Source: Harriotta raleighana (Eukaryota). Taken from it: DNA of 64,000 nucleotides. The stretch covers positions 78,555-142,554 of the forward strand of contig JBNZDD010013687.1 in the NCBI GenBank assembly GCA_050575255.1, given 5' to 3'. Position numbers and translations under genes: made by a program. Positions 25,939 through 38,968 of this stretch are shown in pieces. Each line of letters begins with the position of its first letter. Position 1 is the stretch's first letter. A model generated the notes under the pieces. That model ran no database searches and had not been told where the DNA came from. It saw only the letters and a list, made by a program, of their open reading frames with translations.

Positions 25939-26894
25939 TGGATTGCCAGTGGGCAAGACGGAGATTCCTCACAATCCAATGAATGCTCCAATATTCCTGG
26001 TTCAGTGAGTCACAACTCAGTGAGGGAATGTTTGTGCACCAGTGAGTAGGCACTCCGGGAGAGAGTGCAGCAGCTTGTGAGACTTTCCCATAATAATATG
26101 ATAAACCTTACATTTGTCAAAGCACTTTATCATGTCACCAAGATATCTCAAAGTGTCATCACTGTACGTTTCGTAAGCAAATATCATTTCTTGCTTGTCA
26201 TGTTATGTAGTTTTGGCATGACAGCTGAGGTCAACTAAAATACTGTTCACTCCACTGCTTTTAAGGTCAAGTTTTTTTGGGGGAAGATTAACAAACCTAT
26301 CTACGGTATATCTCGTCAACCACACCAAAGCTTCTGTTAAACTTTCTTTATCTAAACAGCTGATGTTATACCTAGGATACTGGACATTACATATTTATAT
26401 TACGTTTAAACAATAGTGAATATTCATAGTTTGGGGCACTGTGGAGGCTAAAATGAGTGCACTACATCAATTTGTGTAAAATATGTTCATAGTTTCAGAA
26501 TTGCAGCAGATGTAACTGATACTGAGGCTCATCTTCTTCGTGGCTATTATAATTGAAATGAAATATCTTTGGATCATTTATACTTACAGTATTGATACAT
26601 TTCACCTTTGGATTCACAAGCAATGTGAATTTGAATTCCCTGTTTAATTAGGTGCTGAGTTGAAAGTATTGTTCAGTGGCTTGTGCCTGTTGGGGTTACA
26701 GCTTTATACCTCCCTTGTGTCTCACATAAATTATTAATTAGGTAAGTATATTGTCATCTTTCCTTGGAGTTCAATCAAAAGTAGTCTTTTAGAGGTGAGA
26801 CAGCAACACTGAAGTTGTAACAAGCATCTGTTTGATATTACTTTACGACTTTTAATGCCGATGTTGAGCTGGATTCTTGTGTGATTTGTTGCAG

Positions 26895-26987
26895 GAGACT
26901 CTGATCGAATGGTGCGATGACAAGGAATTAAATCTCATATTAACAACTGGGGGAACTGGTTTTGCCCCGAGAGATGTCACTCCAGAG
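26895..26987 (+). CDS. GPHN: Gephyrin G-domain exon (93 nt): [31 protein letters not shown]
   Basis: Acceptor tttgttgcag|GAG and donor GAG|gtgggt. It contains the MogA/MoaB molybdopterin-binding signature TTGGTG...RDVTPE. Phase 0-0. Confidence 0.98.
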
Positions 26988-27339
26988 GTGGGTAGCTCAA
27001 AATGAACATGTTCAAATCTCTTAAGTACTGTGCAGACTTGTCAGAAAGGTCTATTAAAATGTGCTTCAGTGCAAATATGTTCAATAGCTCTACAGAGAAA
27101 CACTGAATGTTTACACTGACCAGTTCATTGGTAAACTTCTTGAAAATATTGTCCTTTTCTGGATAATTTTTTATAGATGGTTGGTTTTTGATTGGGCAGG
27201 TTTCACATATAAGGGAGATCAAAAAGATCTGAATAAATTATTTCAGTATGAGAAACTCTATAAATGTTGTTCAATATAAGATCACTTTTATTGGAACAGT
27301 AAGCGTGAACAGTAAGCAGTAAGCGCAAGAGATCTTTAG

Positions 27340-27900
27340 CCGCAAAGATGGAGATTTGGATGTGATTATTCATCCGAACGTTTCCAGCCAAAAAGGTATT
27401 ATCAAGTTTACCAGGTGAATCTTGATGATAAATTGAAATAAGTTGTTTTAAATCACCTCAAATCAGTGGTGAGATGCTGCTTGGAATATCATGTGCAATT
27501 TTGGTCACTCTACCTCCAACAGGATATTGATTATGTGGACAAGATTCAGTGATTTGTTTAGAGAAGAAGGACACGGGTGATTCTGAAACCTCAGTATGTA
27601 AATGAGGAAACACAAACCTAATTGCAGAAAAGACTGATGAGGGATTTTATGCAAGTCTTAAAAATACTCAGAGGTACATGTTAGAGGTTGTTCAGTTCAG
27701 ACTTGAGCACAGAACAGGAGAGCATGAGTTTAAAATGAATATAGAGGACACAGAGGACACTTGGAGATTAGAGGACATTTTTCCAACAAAGATAGGAAAC
27801 AGCCACTTTGCCCCATTAGGAAAACCTATTGTTGTTTCTGCAGAAAAAGAACAATATCTGTATGATAAGGAACGGGATTGAATTTAAAGTTACACTTGGA
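27340..27900 (+). mobile_element. Old, highly decayed CR1 LINE fragment
   Basis: gtgagatgctgcttggaatatcatgtgcaattttggtcactctac...ggatatt...ggacaagattcag corresponds to CR1 VRPHLEYCVQFWSP....DI..LE.VQ. Many stop codons. Confidence 0.65.
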
Positions 27901-27989
27901 ATAGATTGAGTTGAACGTGTTCTTCATACAAAACCAATATACTGTATTAGAAAACCCTCAACATGATCAATCAGATTTCTGAAACAAAA

Positions 27990-28230
27990 GCAACAACAAC
28001 AAAATTACATTTGTATAAGCCTTTCATGTCAGGAGGACATCCAAAGACCCTGGACAGTCAGTATTTCGGAGCTGAGCTGAGGTCAGGATCAGGGGGGGTG
28101 GAGGGAAAGAAGGGGAATTGGGATGACCATTGGGACTGTCAAAGTAGAGGGTTTTGAGATGGGACTTGAAGGAGGCTAGGGAGGGGGCAAGGTGCTGGAC
28201 TGTAGGGTGGAATTCCAGAGGAGGGGGTCA
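27990..28230 (-). mobile_element. L2-like LINE 3' end (antisense)
   Basis: (CAA)n tail followed by aaattacatttgtataagcctttcatgtcaggaggacatccaaag. The same terminus occurs at about 2260, 57355 and 62630. Confidence 0.7.
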
Positions 28231-31049
28231 ACAGTTATTCCTGAAATGTTGACCTATTCTCCAGGCTCTAGATTATTTTAAGTTTCCTTCATTTAAAGTT
28301 TGCATTTTTATTTTATATAGCTTTTGCTCCACTGGAGACTATAGTACTCATGCAGGCCAGTATTTCAAAATAGTTGTAAGGACCGATCTTCCAAAAGTTT
28401 GCTTGAGAATCAGGGGGAATTCATCCCAAACTTTCACTGAGGAAACTATGTGGGTGATGTAGAGTCCATGCTGAGTTGCTGAGATATTCTGTGTATGATC
28501 TGTGGAAGGAACAAGTTTGACGGTCCAAATAAGTGTTTCCATCTATGCTTCATTCATTATGTTCTCGGGTTTGTATGACAGAATTCTGCAGGGTTTTAAA
28601 ATAATGGTTTCCAAACTCTCATCCTGTGAATCACTTCCTGTGAATTTTGGAGACTTGCACCCAAAATTCTCATTCTCACCCTCAGGGCTTGCAGTTGAAA
28701 GAATCCTGTTTGTTTGTTTTTTTTAAAAATAAGTTGCACAATTGTGGGTGATTGATAGAGGGTAAAGATGCTTGCTTGTTTGTGTTGAACAGGAATAGAT
28801 AAGCCATTTCACAACACGAATGCGCTGAAAGGATGCTGAGGATCTTCGTATTCAAGTTGCAATTTTGTAATTATTTCATCCCTTTCAGCTTTAGGAGTTG
28901 TATTTGCTACTGTTTATGGAAGTCATCAGTCAAAGCACCAATACGCTGCGTCATGTCTGTGGTAAAACATGGGTTCAGTCCCTCTTTGTCCAGAGATTAG
29001 TATTTTTGATACTAATTACATGGCTGTGGGGAGATACTGAGCGGGCTCTTCATCAAAAGGGGAAGATATTCATCCCTTTAACTACTCTTGTGCCAATCCT
29101 TGTGGTTGGCTTGTGGTGAGATCAGCAGAAGCTCAGCTGTAGGTGGCTTGTCCACTGGGGTATAGTTATTAGCGTGTGCCTCAGACATACCTCAGAGAAA
29201 AAATAAATTGCACTTAACTTCCAATTTATTTGATGTTGGAGCACGCCTGACAGTGAAATGTTACTGTGTGAATTAACCCTTGTGTAATATTTAGCTGGAC
29301 TTTATAAGCTTTGATTGAGTAAGAGGGTAACTTACTGATAGAATGATGATAGTCATTAACCCAAATTAAACCATAAATTGGATTGTGTTCTATTGGCAGT
29401 GGGATTAATGATGCAAGAAACATTGTGATGTCTGATTAAATCTCTGTTATTTGAACCAGATTTTTGATTAGCATTGATTTACAACTCTTCTGGCACTGGG
29501 GAGGTTTCATTTTCTATAATCCTTCTATCGATCACTTCATTACTGTTATAATAAGTTTTCTCAGAGACCAGACTCAATATCATGAAGGGCTTACAATGTA
29601 GTACCAAACGGGTGATTTGGTATTGGAGGAGGTTAGATTTTCTTTGATCAGGTGTCTGACATAAATCCACAAGAATTCCACACACATATGCCACCTAGGT
29701 GTAGGAATTGCCCTTGTCAATGGAATGGAATGCATGTTCTTTCCCTGGAAGGACATGCCCTACTTACCTAATTTCAGGAATTATTGGACACACGTTGACA
29801 AGAGTCATAGCTTGGGGGCCCCAGTGCCATTCATACCACTGTCTGGTAAGGCTCCTTCTGCTTATTCTCCTAGGACAATCCTTCCGATTGTAGCTTGATA
29901 GGGCAGGAAATAGAAAAGGTTGAGGTATTTCCACTTTGCATTCATTGTTCATAAAAAAATGATGCCACACTATGCATCTTCAATCTTTATTTGGTAATTG
30001 TGCACAATTTGTATTCTTGTGCGCAGAGAGTAAGGAGATAATTATTTTAACCTATTCGATTCATTTTAAATTGAATGCTTTTATTATCAAATGGATGTAC
30101 AAAATAAATTGTTGTTAATATATCTAAAAGTTGACCTGTAGATATTCTTAAGTGCACTGCAGTTTTCTGTATTTAATATGTTTGCATCTGAATACAGTAT
30201 TACGCACTGTGCAGAAATATATTCCAAAAATACAAGCATGGAAAAATAGCTCCTTCTTCAGCTTTTAATTTGGCCACACGGGGATTTTGAACTGTTCATT
30301 TGTCAATTGAAACCTGCTTTTGGTAACAGTTTGTAGCTCTTCAGCATTTCTTGGCTGGGAAATTGTGTTTCTTGACACAGCATAATTATTTAATCTCTCT
30401 TGAATAAAAATGTCTGATTTGGGAAATTGAGCTTTTTCCACGAGTGAGGTGATTTCATTTGAGTCTTTATTGAGAGAGAGGCCAACAGTGTAATGATTTA
30501 GGGTAACTCTTACTTTGATTATTCCTCTTTACCCTTTTCCCTCCCTTCCAATAAAGAACACCTGCCCCCTTTTTCTCTCTCCCCCCCATTCCCTTGCCCC
30601 ACTCAGCCTCAGTGCAACCTCGCCTTTTCACTGAGCTGGTGAACAATCATTGGCTCACCAATGATTTGTGTCCAAATGTTGAACCATGTATTTGTAAACA
30701 GAATTACTGAAACCACTCCTTAAAAGAAATTAAAAATTCATTTGTGAAATAAATTACAAATTGTTTAATTTTGAGGTAAAACAAAAAGTGGCTTGAAAGT
30801 TTTATTATTACAAGTTATGAAATACCTCACAAAAAAATTCAGTTGCTTACTTGGGAGTGGAGTTTACATTGGAGACAGACCTTGTCTAATGGTGAGAGTG
30901 GAATGAGGAATGAGAGTAATCAACTCAATGAAACAACAAAACATGCAACAATTATTTGATTTTGATAATCTCTGGATCAACCACAAGTCTTTGAATGTGG
31001 CTCGGTGGTTTCCTCAAACACAGTGTGAAATTCAATAAAATGTGACAGG

Positions 31050-31430
31050 AAGTTAGGTCTGATAAGGTACAGTGTTTAGAATACATATGAAGGGAGACTA
31101 GCTATTTGAGGGTGCTGGAACAGAGTGGATGTGATTAAGGTGTTCAAGATTCTGAAAGGGCATCAGAAGGTAAAATGGGAAGAAAAAAAAGCTTTTTATT
31201 ACAAGATTGTGAACAGAAGAATCAGGGTACTGTAGATGGAAGTTCATGACTCAATGGATTCTTAGGACATTTCTATTGAGGCTGAAAGAATAGAATCATT
31301 CAAAACTGAATAAACACCATGAGAAGTAAAATATTAAAAGATAACGGGGAAAGAGCTGAAAACATTTCTTTTATTGAAAAAAGGGCAAATTGAAAGCAGC
31401 CGTAGCTCAGTGGCTGAATGGCCTCTACTT
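31050..31430 (+). mobile_element. Decayed CR1 3' fragment
   Basis: gatgtgattaaggtgttcaagattctgaaaggg (D.I.VFKILKG) and the 3' UTR motif ggctgaatggcct. Confidence 0.55.
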
Positions 31431-33341
31431 ACGCTGACAATTTTAATGCTTCTAATTCATAACCTAGTGAAAATATAAGGAGAGCAATCTGATCTGTATG
31501 AATTAATGTAGTCAATCTCTTGAACATCTAAAAAAAATCCAATGGACAGTTTTAATGGATCATTCTCACTGTGTATGACCTGCAAACACGATCGAATTTA
31601 CTAATTTCATTCCTCTCAAATGAACCAGACAGACAGCACAGTCACAAAACAAAGAAGAGAACATCTTGCTCTGTATTTACAAACAAAGGTTCAGCTTTTA
31701 CAGGTAAAATTTAACACATATTTAAGAGAAAAGTGCAGCAATTTGCATAAGAGTAGAAATGGAAAGATTTTGAGTTTATCCATCTGGTTCGCACCTGTCG
31801 TCACAATTCATTTTCAAGAGATCATCAGCCCTCTCTCTCCCCCCTCCCACCCCATTCCTCCCAGAGGATTGCATTCATCTTCTTTAGAATACAAGGCACA
31901 TGCTTGAAATGATTGACAAAATGCAATATTGTGCAAATTGTGATGTTGTCTGGCTTTTACTATCGTCTCTTTTTAATCAGATTTTTTTAAATCTATCTTT
32001 GAGTGGCATTCACCTTGAACTCTGAAATAGCACTTCACAAACTTTTTTTTTGTTGCATCATATTGGAGCGAATTTTGCACCTTCGTCTCCAACCAGGAGG
32101 CACCCAGCTCCCTTATTAAATGGTTTAAGCAATTCAAGATTTCTTCTCACAAAGCTGGGCCAGATGCATGTTATAATGAGCATTATTGAAGTTTATAGAT
32201 CCAAGATGAATTCCTAAATCCTGCCATTGCTGAAAACTGTACCTTATATTAAATAAATTGGAGGTCAGTAAGGTTTAAACCACTGAAGCATCATTTTATA
32301 ATCTGGCTATATATTTTGGTTCTATTTTTGTTCCTTGGCCAACAAAAGATAATACTTATGCAGCTGATCAGATTGATCTATTTTGTAAGAAAAATAATCA
32401 CTTGCACTGTCTGCCCTTGCAGGTTTCAATTTGGATTTGAATTTTCTTCATAGGCATTATGCATTTGTATCTCCTTTGGAATTTTTTTCTAAGCATATAA
32501 AGGCAATATTTCCTTATATAGCTATCTGCCGCCATCTCCAGATACTATTGCTGCTTATCCCACTCATATAGGCTACGGGCAGTTTTATAGTATACTGGTA
32601 TATAGGGTAATATTGAGTTGAAAATTTTACTTTTTGCATTTAACCATAACTTACTCGATGTTTTCAGTGTTATTGAATTGGAGAAAATCATTCGTATGTA
32701 GTTTACTTATACACTGTATGACGCTTTGTACAGTCAATGTTACTCACTCGATGGCCCAATGGGTAAAACTACTGCTCAGAATGAAACTAAAACAATCCGA
32801 CCCAGCAAATCTATACCAGAGGCCATCAGTTCCTTGATGATTTAGTGAAGTTGTGAAGTCTCCCATCCCTCTGTGAATGTGCACATGTGCGTGTATGGGG
32901 GAAGAGAGGGCAAACTGGGGTGGGTGGGTGGGTGTCTATATTCCAATAGCCTCGCAACAATAGCCTCTCTAGGTTCCCTCATTGATGTAGATCATATGGA
33001 TAAGATACTGGAAAGGTGTGTGACGCACTTGGAGTCGATTCTGTAGAGAAAGAAAAAACACCAATAAGTGAAATACATGACCATATATACATAGTAATGT
33101 TTCTACGAAAATCAGCAGGCTATCAAGTTATTTTTTTTAGAGAAAGCAACCTTTAAATATTGTTCTCTAGAAAAGTTTTTCTTTTTCCTGATGATCATAT
33201 TTCAACCCAGCTGCTGCCCGTCTTTAATTTGCTTTGCGCAATCTTTACTTGCAGTATATTAAGGGGATTACAGTACAGTTAATGTCATCTGGGTTGATAC
33301 TAATTTTAACTAGTTTTGATCTGTCTTTGTTGTAATTCTAG

Positions 33342-33437
<96 letters not shown>

Positions 33438-33904
33438 TAAGCAATCATTTACTCCCGAGATATCGATCTCTGTAGTTGTGGACGAGTGAGGAGATATTAA
33501 CATCAGTTGCACATTATATGGCATTGTTGAATTAGTCAGAATGCACCACTTGCATTATCCACAATAACAACTTTGCGAGGATTTAACTCTCCTGAAAGAC
33601 ACTATAAAAGATTTTGAGAAGAGCGGGAGATAGAGGCCTTTTTATTGAAGAATAGCAGTGGACCAAGTTCAAGGTAAATGTTGATCTTCTCCCCCTCCCC
33701 CACCACCACCAACCAACAAGACTTCCTATTTCTGAGCAAGGAATCTGGCTCCTCAATGTTTTGATCTCATTTTGCATTTACTGATCTATGTTTTTACAAG
33801 TATGTGCTGTGAAGTTTTTGAGGCGTTGCTTTTGTCTGTCCAACATGAAAGACACTATACCAAATATAAGAATTATGATTTATGTCACATGTTCATCAAT
33901 ATGA

Positions 33905-34048
33905 ATATCCACGACTGTTTGTGGCACACTGATGTGTGAAATTGGCTGCCAAGTTTTGCCCACAAATATACAGTCAATTCACTTTACAGTATTTTCTGTG
34001 AAGCACTTTGAGATGTCTAGAAAACAAATGCAAGGATTATTATTATTA
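33905..34048 (+). mobile_element. SINE 3' fragment
   Basis: atccacgactgtttgtggcacactg...cagtcaattcactttacagtattttctgtgaagcactttgagatgtctag...gcaaggattattattatt. Confidence 0.8.
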
Positions 34049-35401
34049 TGGTCCCACATATCCTGGATACCCACAGTGTCTCCCCCAAGTAACTGTTGTT
34101 TATGCGTTACCCTGAACAGTGAGTGCCATTAGCTAATTACCCATTGGGGGCATTGCACACAAGCCCAATCTCATCCTTGCTCAACATCAGCACACACACA
34201 CACACACAGCTCCAGCAGGGGTTACTCAATATTGATGAAGTGAGGGAATCTTGATTGATTATTCGACCCTCAAGTACCGAGTCCAGTCTGCCGCTGCGAT
34301 CAGCCAATTCAGCGACCAGGGTTTGAATAGAAACCTGGAAATTTAATGGCATGTGTGGTACAGCTTCTCATTAGATAAGCATACCAAGGACATTGAGGGC
34401 ATTTTCAAATGTTACTACAGTATTTCATTTTCGCAGAAGTTGCAATTTAATTGGATGCCCTGCTTGGGAATTGTCCCAAGATTTTATACTCAGTTTTGCT
34501 AATTTTGTATCCATGAAGGCTAAATGCTGACTGATCAGAATGAAGTTGGATTTTCATGAGACCTCTGTTTCCTGAGTTATGACCTGCTAATCCTCGTTCA
34601 GACAGCCTCTGAGGGCGAAATTCTCTCCCCGTTTGAAATCATTGAGGGAGAATCTAGCCGCAAGTCCCAGATGTGACTTGGATCTTTCCCAATCTTCCCA
34701 ATCTGTCAAACTTTAAAAACGCGCCATGTCCTGATGTATTTTCAAGCATTTTATTATATTTTACAACTGAAAAGTATTCGCTAGGTTTTATGTCTTGCAG
34801 TTTTCTTAAAGGAAACTAATTTAATTCCCACCCACACACAAACAGGGGGGGAAAATGCTTTTTAACAGCAAAACAATAGATTTTTCTCTTCTGGAATATG
34901 AACATTTGCTACCATTTATTTGCAGGTACAATACATTTCTCATAAAATACTTGAGGTATAAATTTGAGTACTCCAGTCTGCACCCCCAATAACTGCACTA
35001 TTGTACTTCCCTTTCAAAATGAATTGATGCCTCTTTTTTGCTCATAGATGTTGGTATGCCTCCGTCTTTCATTACTGGTTAGTTATGATCTAAATGCACT
35101 TCTATGAAAATCGTGACAATATCTCTGCATGGCTTTTATTTTGTCTGAGAAGACATGACCATAGAAGTAATAAAAATAAATAAAACGGAACTGGCCGACA
35201 ATTCAATTTTGCTCATTGGTGAAAAGCTGAAATTCTTTGGAAAAACAACCTCACTTTTCAATTGCTGATCAAAATGTTCCACTTCAGGTCTCTCCCACCA
35301 CATGTCTTCTTTCAACTGGTGACTCAAGAAGGTCTAGATCTGTGAGAAACTTTATTTCAGGGCGAAGCTACTGTACATAATGTCTATTTATTTTTTGGCA
35401 G

Positions 35402-35468
35402 GCCTGTGTGTGGAATACGGGGCAAAACTCTGATTATTAACCTGCCTGGTAGCAAGAAAGGTTCACAG
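35402..35468 (+). CDS. GPHN: Gephyrin G-domain exon (67 nt): (R)[22 protein letters not shown]
   Basis: Acceptor ttttttggcag|G and donor CAG|gtatgt. It carries the conserved NLPGS motif of the MogA family. Phase 2-0 completes the Arg codon split with the previous exon. Confidence 0.98.
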
Positions 35469-36086
35469 GTATGTACAAGACTCAATATAAGTGCAAGCTC
35501 CTGCTTAGAAGTTGTAAGTTAGCCTCCATCGGAATGGGTAATTTCTTCTGTTAGTATTCCACCTCTTTCTTACCTAATGCCTCACCCAAAACAAATCCGA
35601 GAAAGCACTGAGTTAAAATTTACTGTGCAATGCCATTGTACACAAGGATCTGCAGGTACAATTTGTTTCTCTCTGATATGCCTGCATTGCAGATGAGACT
35701 TGAGATCTTATCGCCTTATCAGAAGAGAATAATTTATGGACCAAGAGTAGTTTCAGTGCAATGGTGCATTCATAACACTAATGTTTGTGTGGATTAAGTA
35801 TAGAATGGGTTTACATTTCCTGCAATGAGTAATTTTATGAGGAGTTACAAGTAGGATAGACTTGTCTTTAAAAGTTATTAATCCTTAAAGTGCCCTTGCC
35901 TGTTGTGTGGATGTAATTTCATATACATGACAGTTTACAGAAGACAATTATTTCCTTATTTTTAAAACGGGTTTATTTTATGTTGATCGATTAGAAACCA
36001 TAAACCCTTTAACTAAATTCCTATTTCTGAAAGTCACGGTTTTCTTAAACTGGATTATATTCTTTTACCCTGAAAATTATGTGCAG

Positions 36087-36359
36087 GAATGCTTCCAGTT
36101 TATACTACCAGCCCTACCTCATGCTATCGACTTGTTGAGGGATGCAATTGTGAAAGTAAAAGAGGTTCATGATGAACTGGAGGACCTTCCCTCACCTCCT
36201 CCGCCGCTATCTCCTCCCCCTACCACCAGCCCACACAAACAGACTGAAGACAAAGGCGTTCAGTGTGAGGAAGAAGAGGAAGAGAAGAAGGACAGTGGAG
36301 TGGCTTCAACTGAAGAGAGTTCATCCTCACACATTACAGCAGCAGCCATAGCAGCCAAG
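36087..36359 (+). CDS. GPHN: Gephyrin exon (273 nt), end of G domain and start of C domain: [91 protein letters not shown]
   Basis: Acceptor gtgcag|GAA and donor AAG|gtaaga. It lies within ORF 36081..36629. It contains the proline-rich SP sites and the dynein light chain-binding [12 protein letters not shown] motif of gephyrin. Confidence 0.99.
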
Positions 36360-36506
36360 GTAAGAGGCTGTGGAGTAAATAATGGAATCATTACATGTAC
36401 AACCAACCTACCTATTTCATTGTTACCCATCAAATCATTTTTGCTTGTTTTTCTCCAGTTACCTGTGTTTTCCTGTCATAGTCCTGATAGTTGTGTTGTA
36501 CATCAG

Positions 36507-36614
36507 CGCTTCCAACCTGTACACAATCCCGCTCCCGTCATGGCTAAAGGTGGTAAACCTATCCCTGGGTTCATTGGTCATCACTCTCATACTGCCATCA
36601 GTGCAGGAGAGACG
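36507..36614 (+). CDS. GPHN: Gephyrin alternative cassette C3 (108 nt, 36 aa): [36 protein letters not shown]
   Basis: Acceptor catcag|CGC and donor ACG|gtaaga, phase 0-0. It sits between ...AAK and IP.SII... and aligns by eye with mammalian C3 (KHPFYTSPAV.MA...QPIPGLI.YSHH), sharing PA.VMA, PIPG and His-rich elements. Confidence 0.88.
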
Positions 36615-38833
36615 GTAAGAGACAGCTAACATGTACTAGCATTGCAGTGCGCTAACATGAGGAAATTAACCACTTGCACTGATTAATTGTTTGTTATATT
36701 GGGCCATCTAGCTGCACGTTTCGAAAGTGTTTGATTCAAATTTCACCTAAACGTGTACCTTCATAATCATTCTATAATTTGTTGCATTTGATATTGTTTT
36801 CATTGCCCTCACCTGAGTCGCTCATATGTTTTATTAAGTTCTTTCAATGAGTACCAGACATGAGGTGGGGGGGGGTGGAAAAAAACCTTTGTGTTTCACT
36901 TTCCCATAATATGTCTTAAACGCCCTCCTTTAGGACAGGCTTCCAAACCAGATTTCCTCTGCTGCTAAATGTAACAACCTTGACAGTGTGTGCCCCAATT
37001 AGTACATGTTGTCAGTGTCATTACACTTGACAGCATGAGGGTCTTGTACTCTGCGTGTCAGTGATGTAAAATTGCATCGGTGATGATCAAATAAATTGAA
37101 ACAGCTTGTGAGAAAATCTAAGTGGTTAACAATAGCCTATTCGGGAAACTGAGGAGCAACCAGCGAACTAGTGCAAAAGCCTCAAATATTAACCAAATAG
37201 CAAATCTTTTTAATGAAAAATATGAAACTTGCTGGAAAATTAATAATTGGAATTGGATGCAAATTGGAAGCTTGAGGTTTAGTCTATGTACCTTGTACAG
37301 AATCGGACATGGAGCTCCAATTTCTCTTTAAATGGCCTTCAGAGATTTCAATCCAAAGCATCTAAGGGGTTGGGAATATATACTACCTTTCCACAGCATT
37401 TCATTGTTTAGAAGTTTTTATAGCTTGGGTTCCAAACCAGCAACTTTCTTTTAAGCAGATGTATTTTAGTAAGAATAGTACAGTTTCACAGAAATTACTG
37501 CAGAGAAGTAGGCCATTTGGCTTAGTAAGACAATGTTAGTGGCAGTTCTTCCACTGAGGCTAACTACAACAGAGCCTACTTGTACACTCCCATCTCATGG
37601 GAGATGTTTATTGAATTCTCGTGACAAGTGATTCTGGCCTCAGTCTCAATAGCACATGTGGTAAAACATTCCACTGTTTAATGATCTTCTCTGCATGAAA
37701 GTTATTTCTAACTTTTCCCCTTAACTCTTTCAGAAACAACCTTGATATTTTTATCCTTCCTTACTATTGAGTCAAATTTTCATCTTAGCTCATCAACCTT
37801 AAACCATGAAATAAATAAAACAATTATTTTTAATAGAATAAGTATTTTGTCTAATTTAGATTGCTGCTGGCTTTTAAATCTATCGCATCTGAACCACCTG
37901 AGGGGACTATCCCCACCTTACAGTATTTTTTTCTATAGCTGTAACATCACTTCATCACCAACTCACAAATGTTTTGAAGTCTTTCAATGGAACTTCCTTA
38001 GTGTACTTATAAATAATGGGTAGAAAGACTTATGTGGGGATTTTAATGTTACATGGTTATTTTTTGCCTTTGAATTCATGAGCGACACACTGAATCATTA
38101 GTTCCCAAGTACAAAAGGTGATGGGAGTGGATTGGGGGATGAAAGATGAAAGATTGCAGAAATGATCCCTGCTGCCATGTTAGTGCAAGTGATCAATTTC
38201 CAGAAATGTGATGATATAACTGAAGTGTGGAGTTGCAATTGATCATGCTTTCTTAAAATGAAACTTTATGATTTGGGGGTTTGTACGATTGAATGGGGTT
38301 GTCCAAATGTTTTGGTGTAGCAGTAGAACAACAGGAGTATTATACCTATTATTGAGCTGAGGAATAGTCTTGTGTAATGTTGTTAATTATTAATAGTTGT
38401 TACTTTTCTTGTTTAAAAAAAACTTCAAACATCAGCAATCGTTTATAAAATATCGGTCAGATCAGTTGAATTGTTTTTAACTGCACATGAAATGGTTTTA
38501 TTGTTTTCAACTAAGCATTTATTTTCAATTTTCAAAAGTTTACAATAGCCGAGCCTTTCGCTTGAGTTTTAGCTGATGAGAAATTCATTTGGAGGAGGTG
38601 AAGAGGAAGGAGGGTAGAGATAGCAGTGACTTTTCTTTTGCAGTTAGATTCTCTACAGTAGACTAGAGTCATTTTTGTGAAGAGTCTAAATTTAGCCATT
38701 TATAACGTGGATAACGTAACAAGAAGAGTTGAGTTGAGTTAAGAAGTGAGTTGAATCTTTTTCAAGTATGAAAGTGGATTGAATGACGAATGAAAGTTTT
38801 GAAATATATTATCTGCATTTGGTATGCTTTCAG

Positions 38834-38968
38834 ATCCCAGAATCCATTATTTCTCGTGGTGTTCAGGTGCTTCCACGGGATAATGCGTCACTCAGCACAA
38901 CTCCTTCTGAATCGCCACGTGCCCAAGCTACATCACGCTTGTCGACTGCTTCATGCCCAACACCAAAA
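38834..38968 (+). CDS. GPHN: Gephyrin C-domain exon (135 nt): [45 protein letters not shown]
   Basis: Acceptor atgctttcag|ATC and donor AAA|gtgagt, phase 0-0. It contains the TTPSESPR phosphorylation cluster (S268/S270 in rat numbering) and the SCPTPK cysteine. Confidence 0.99.
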
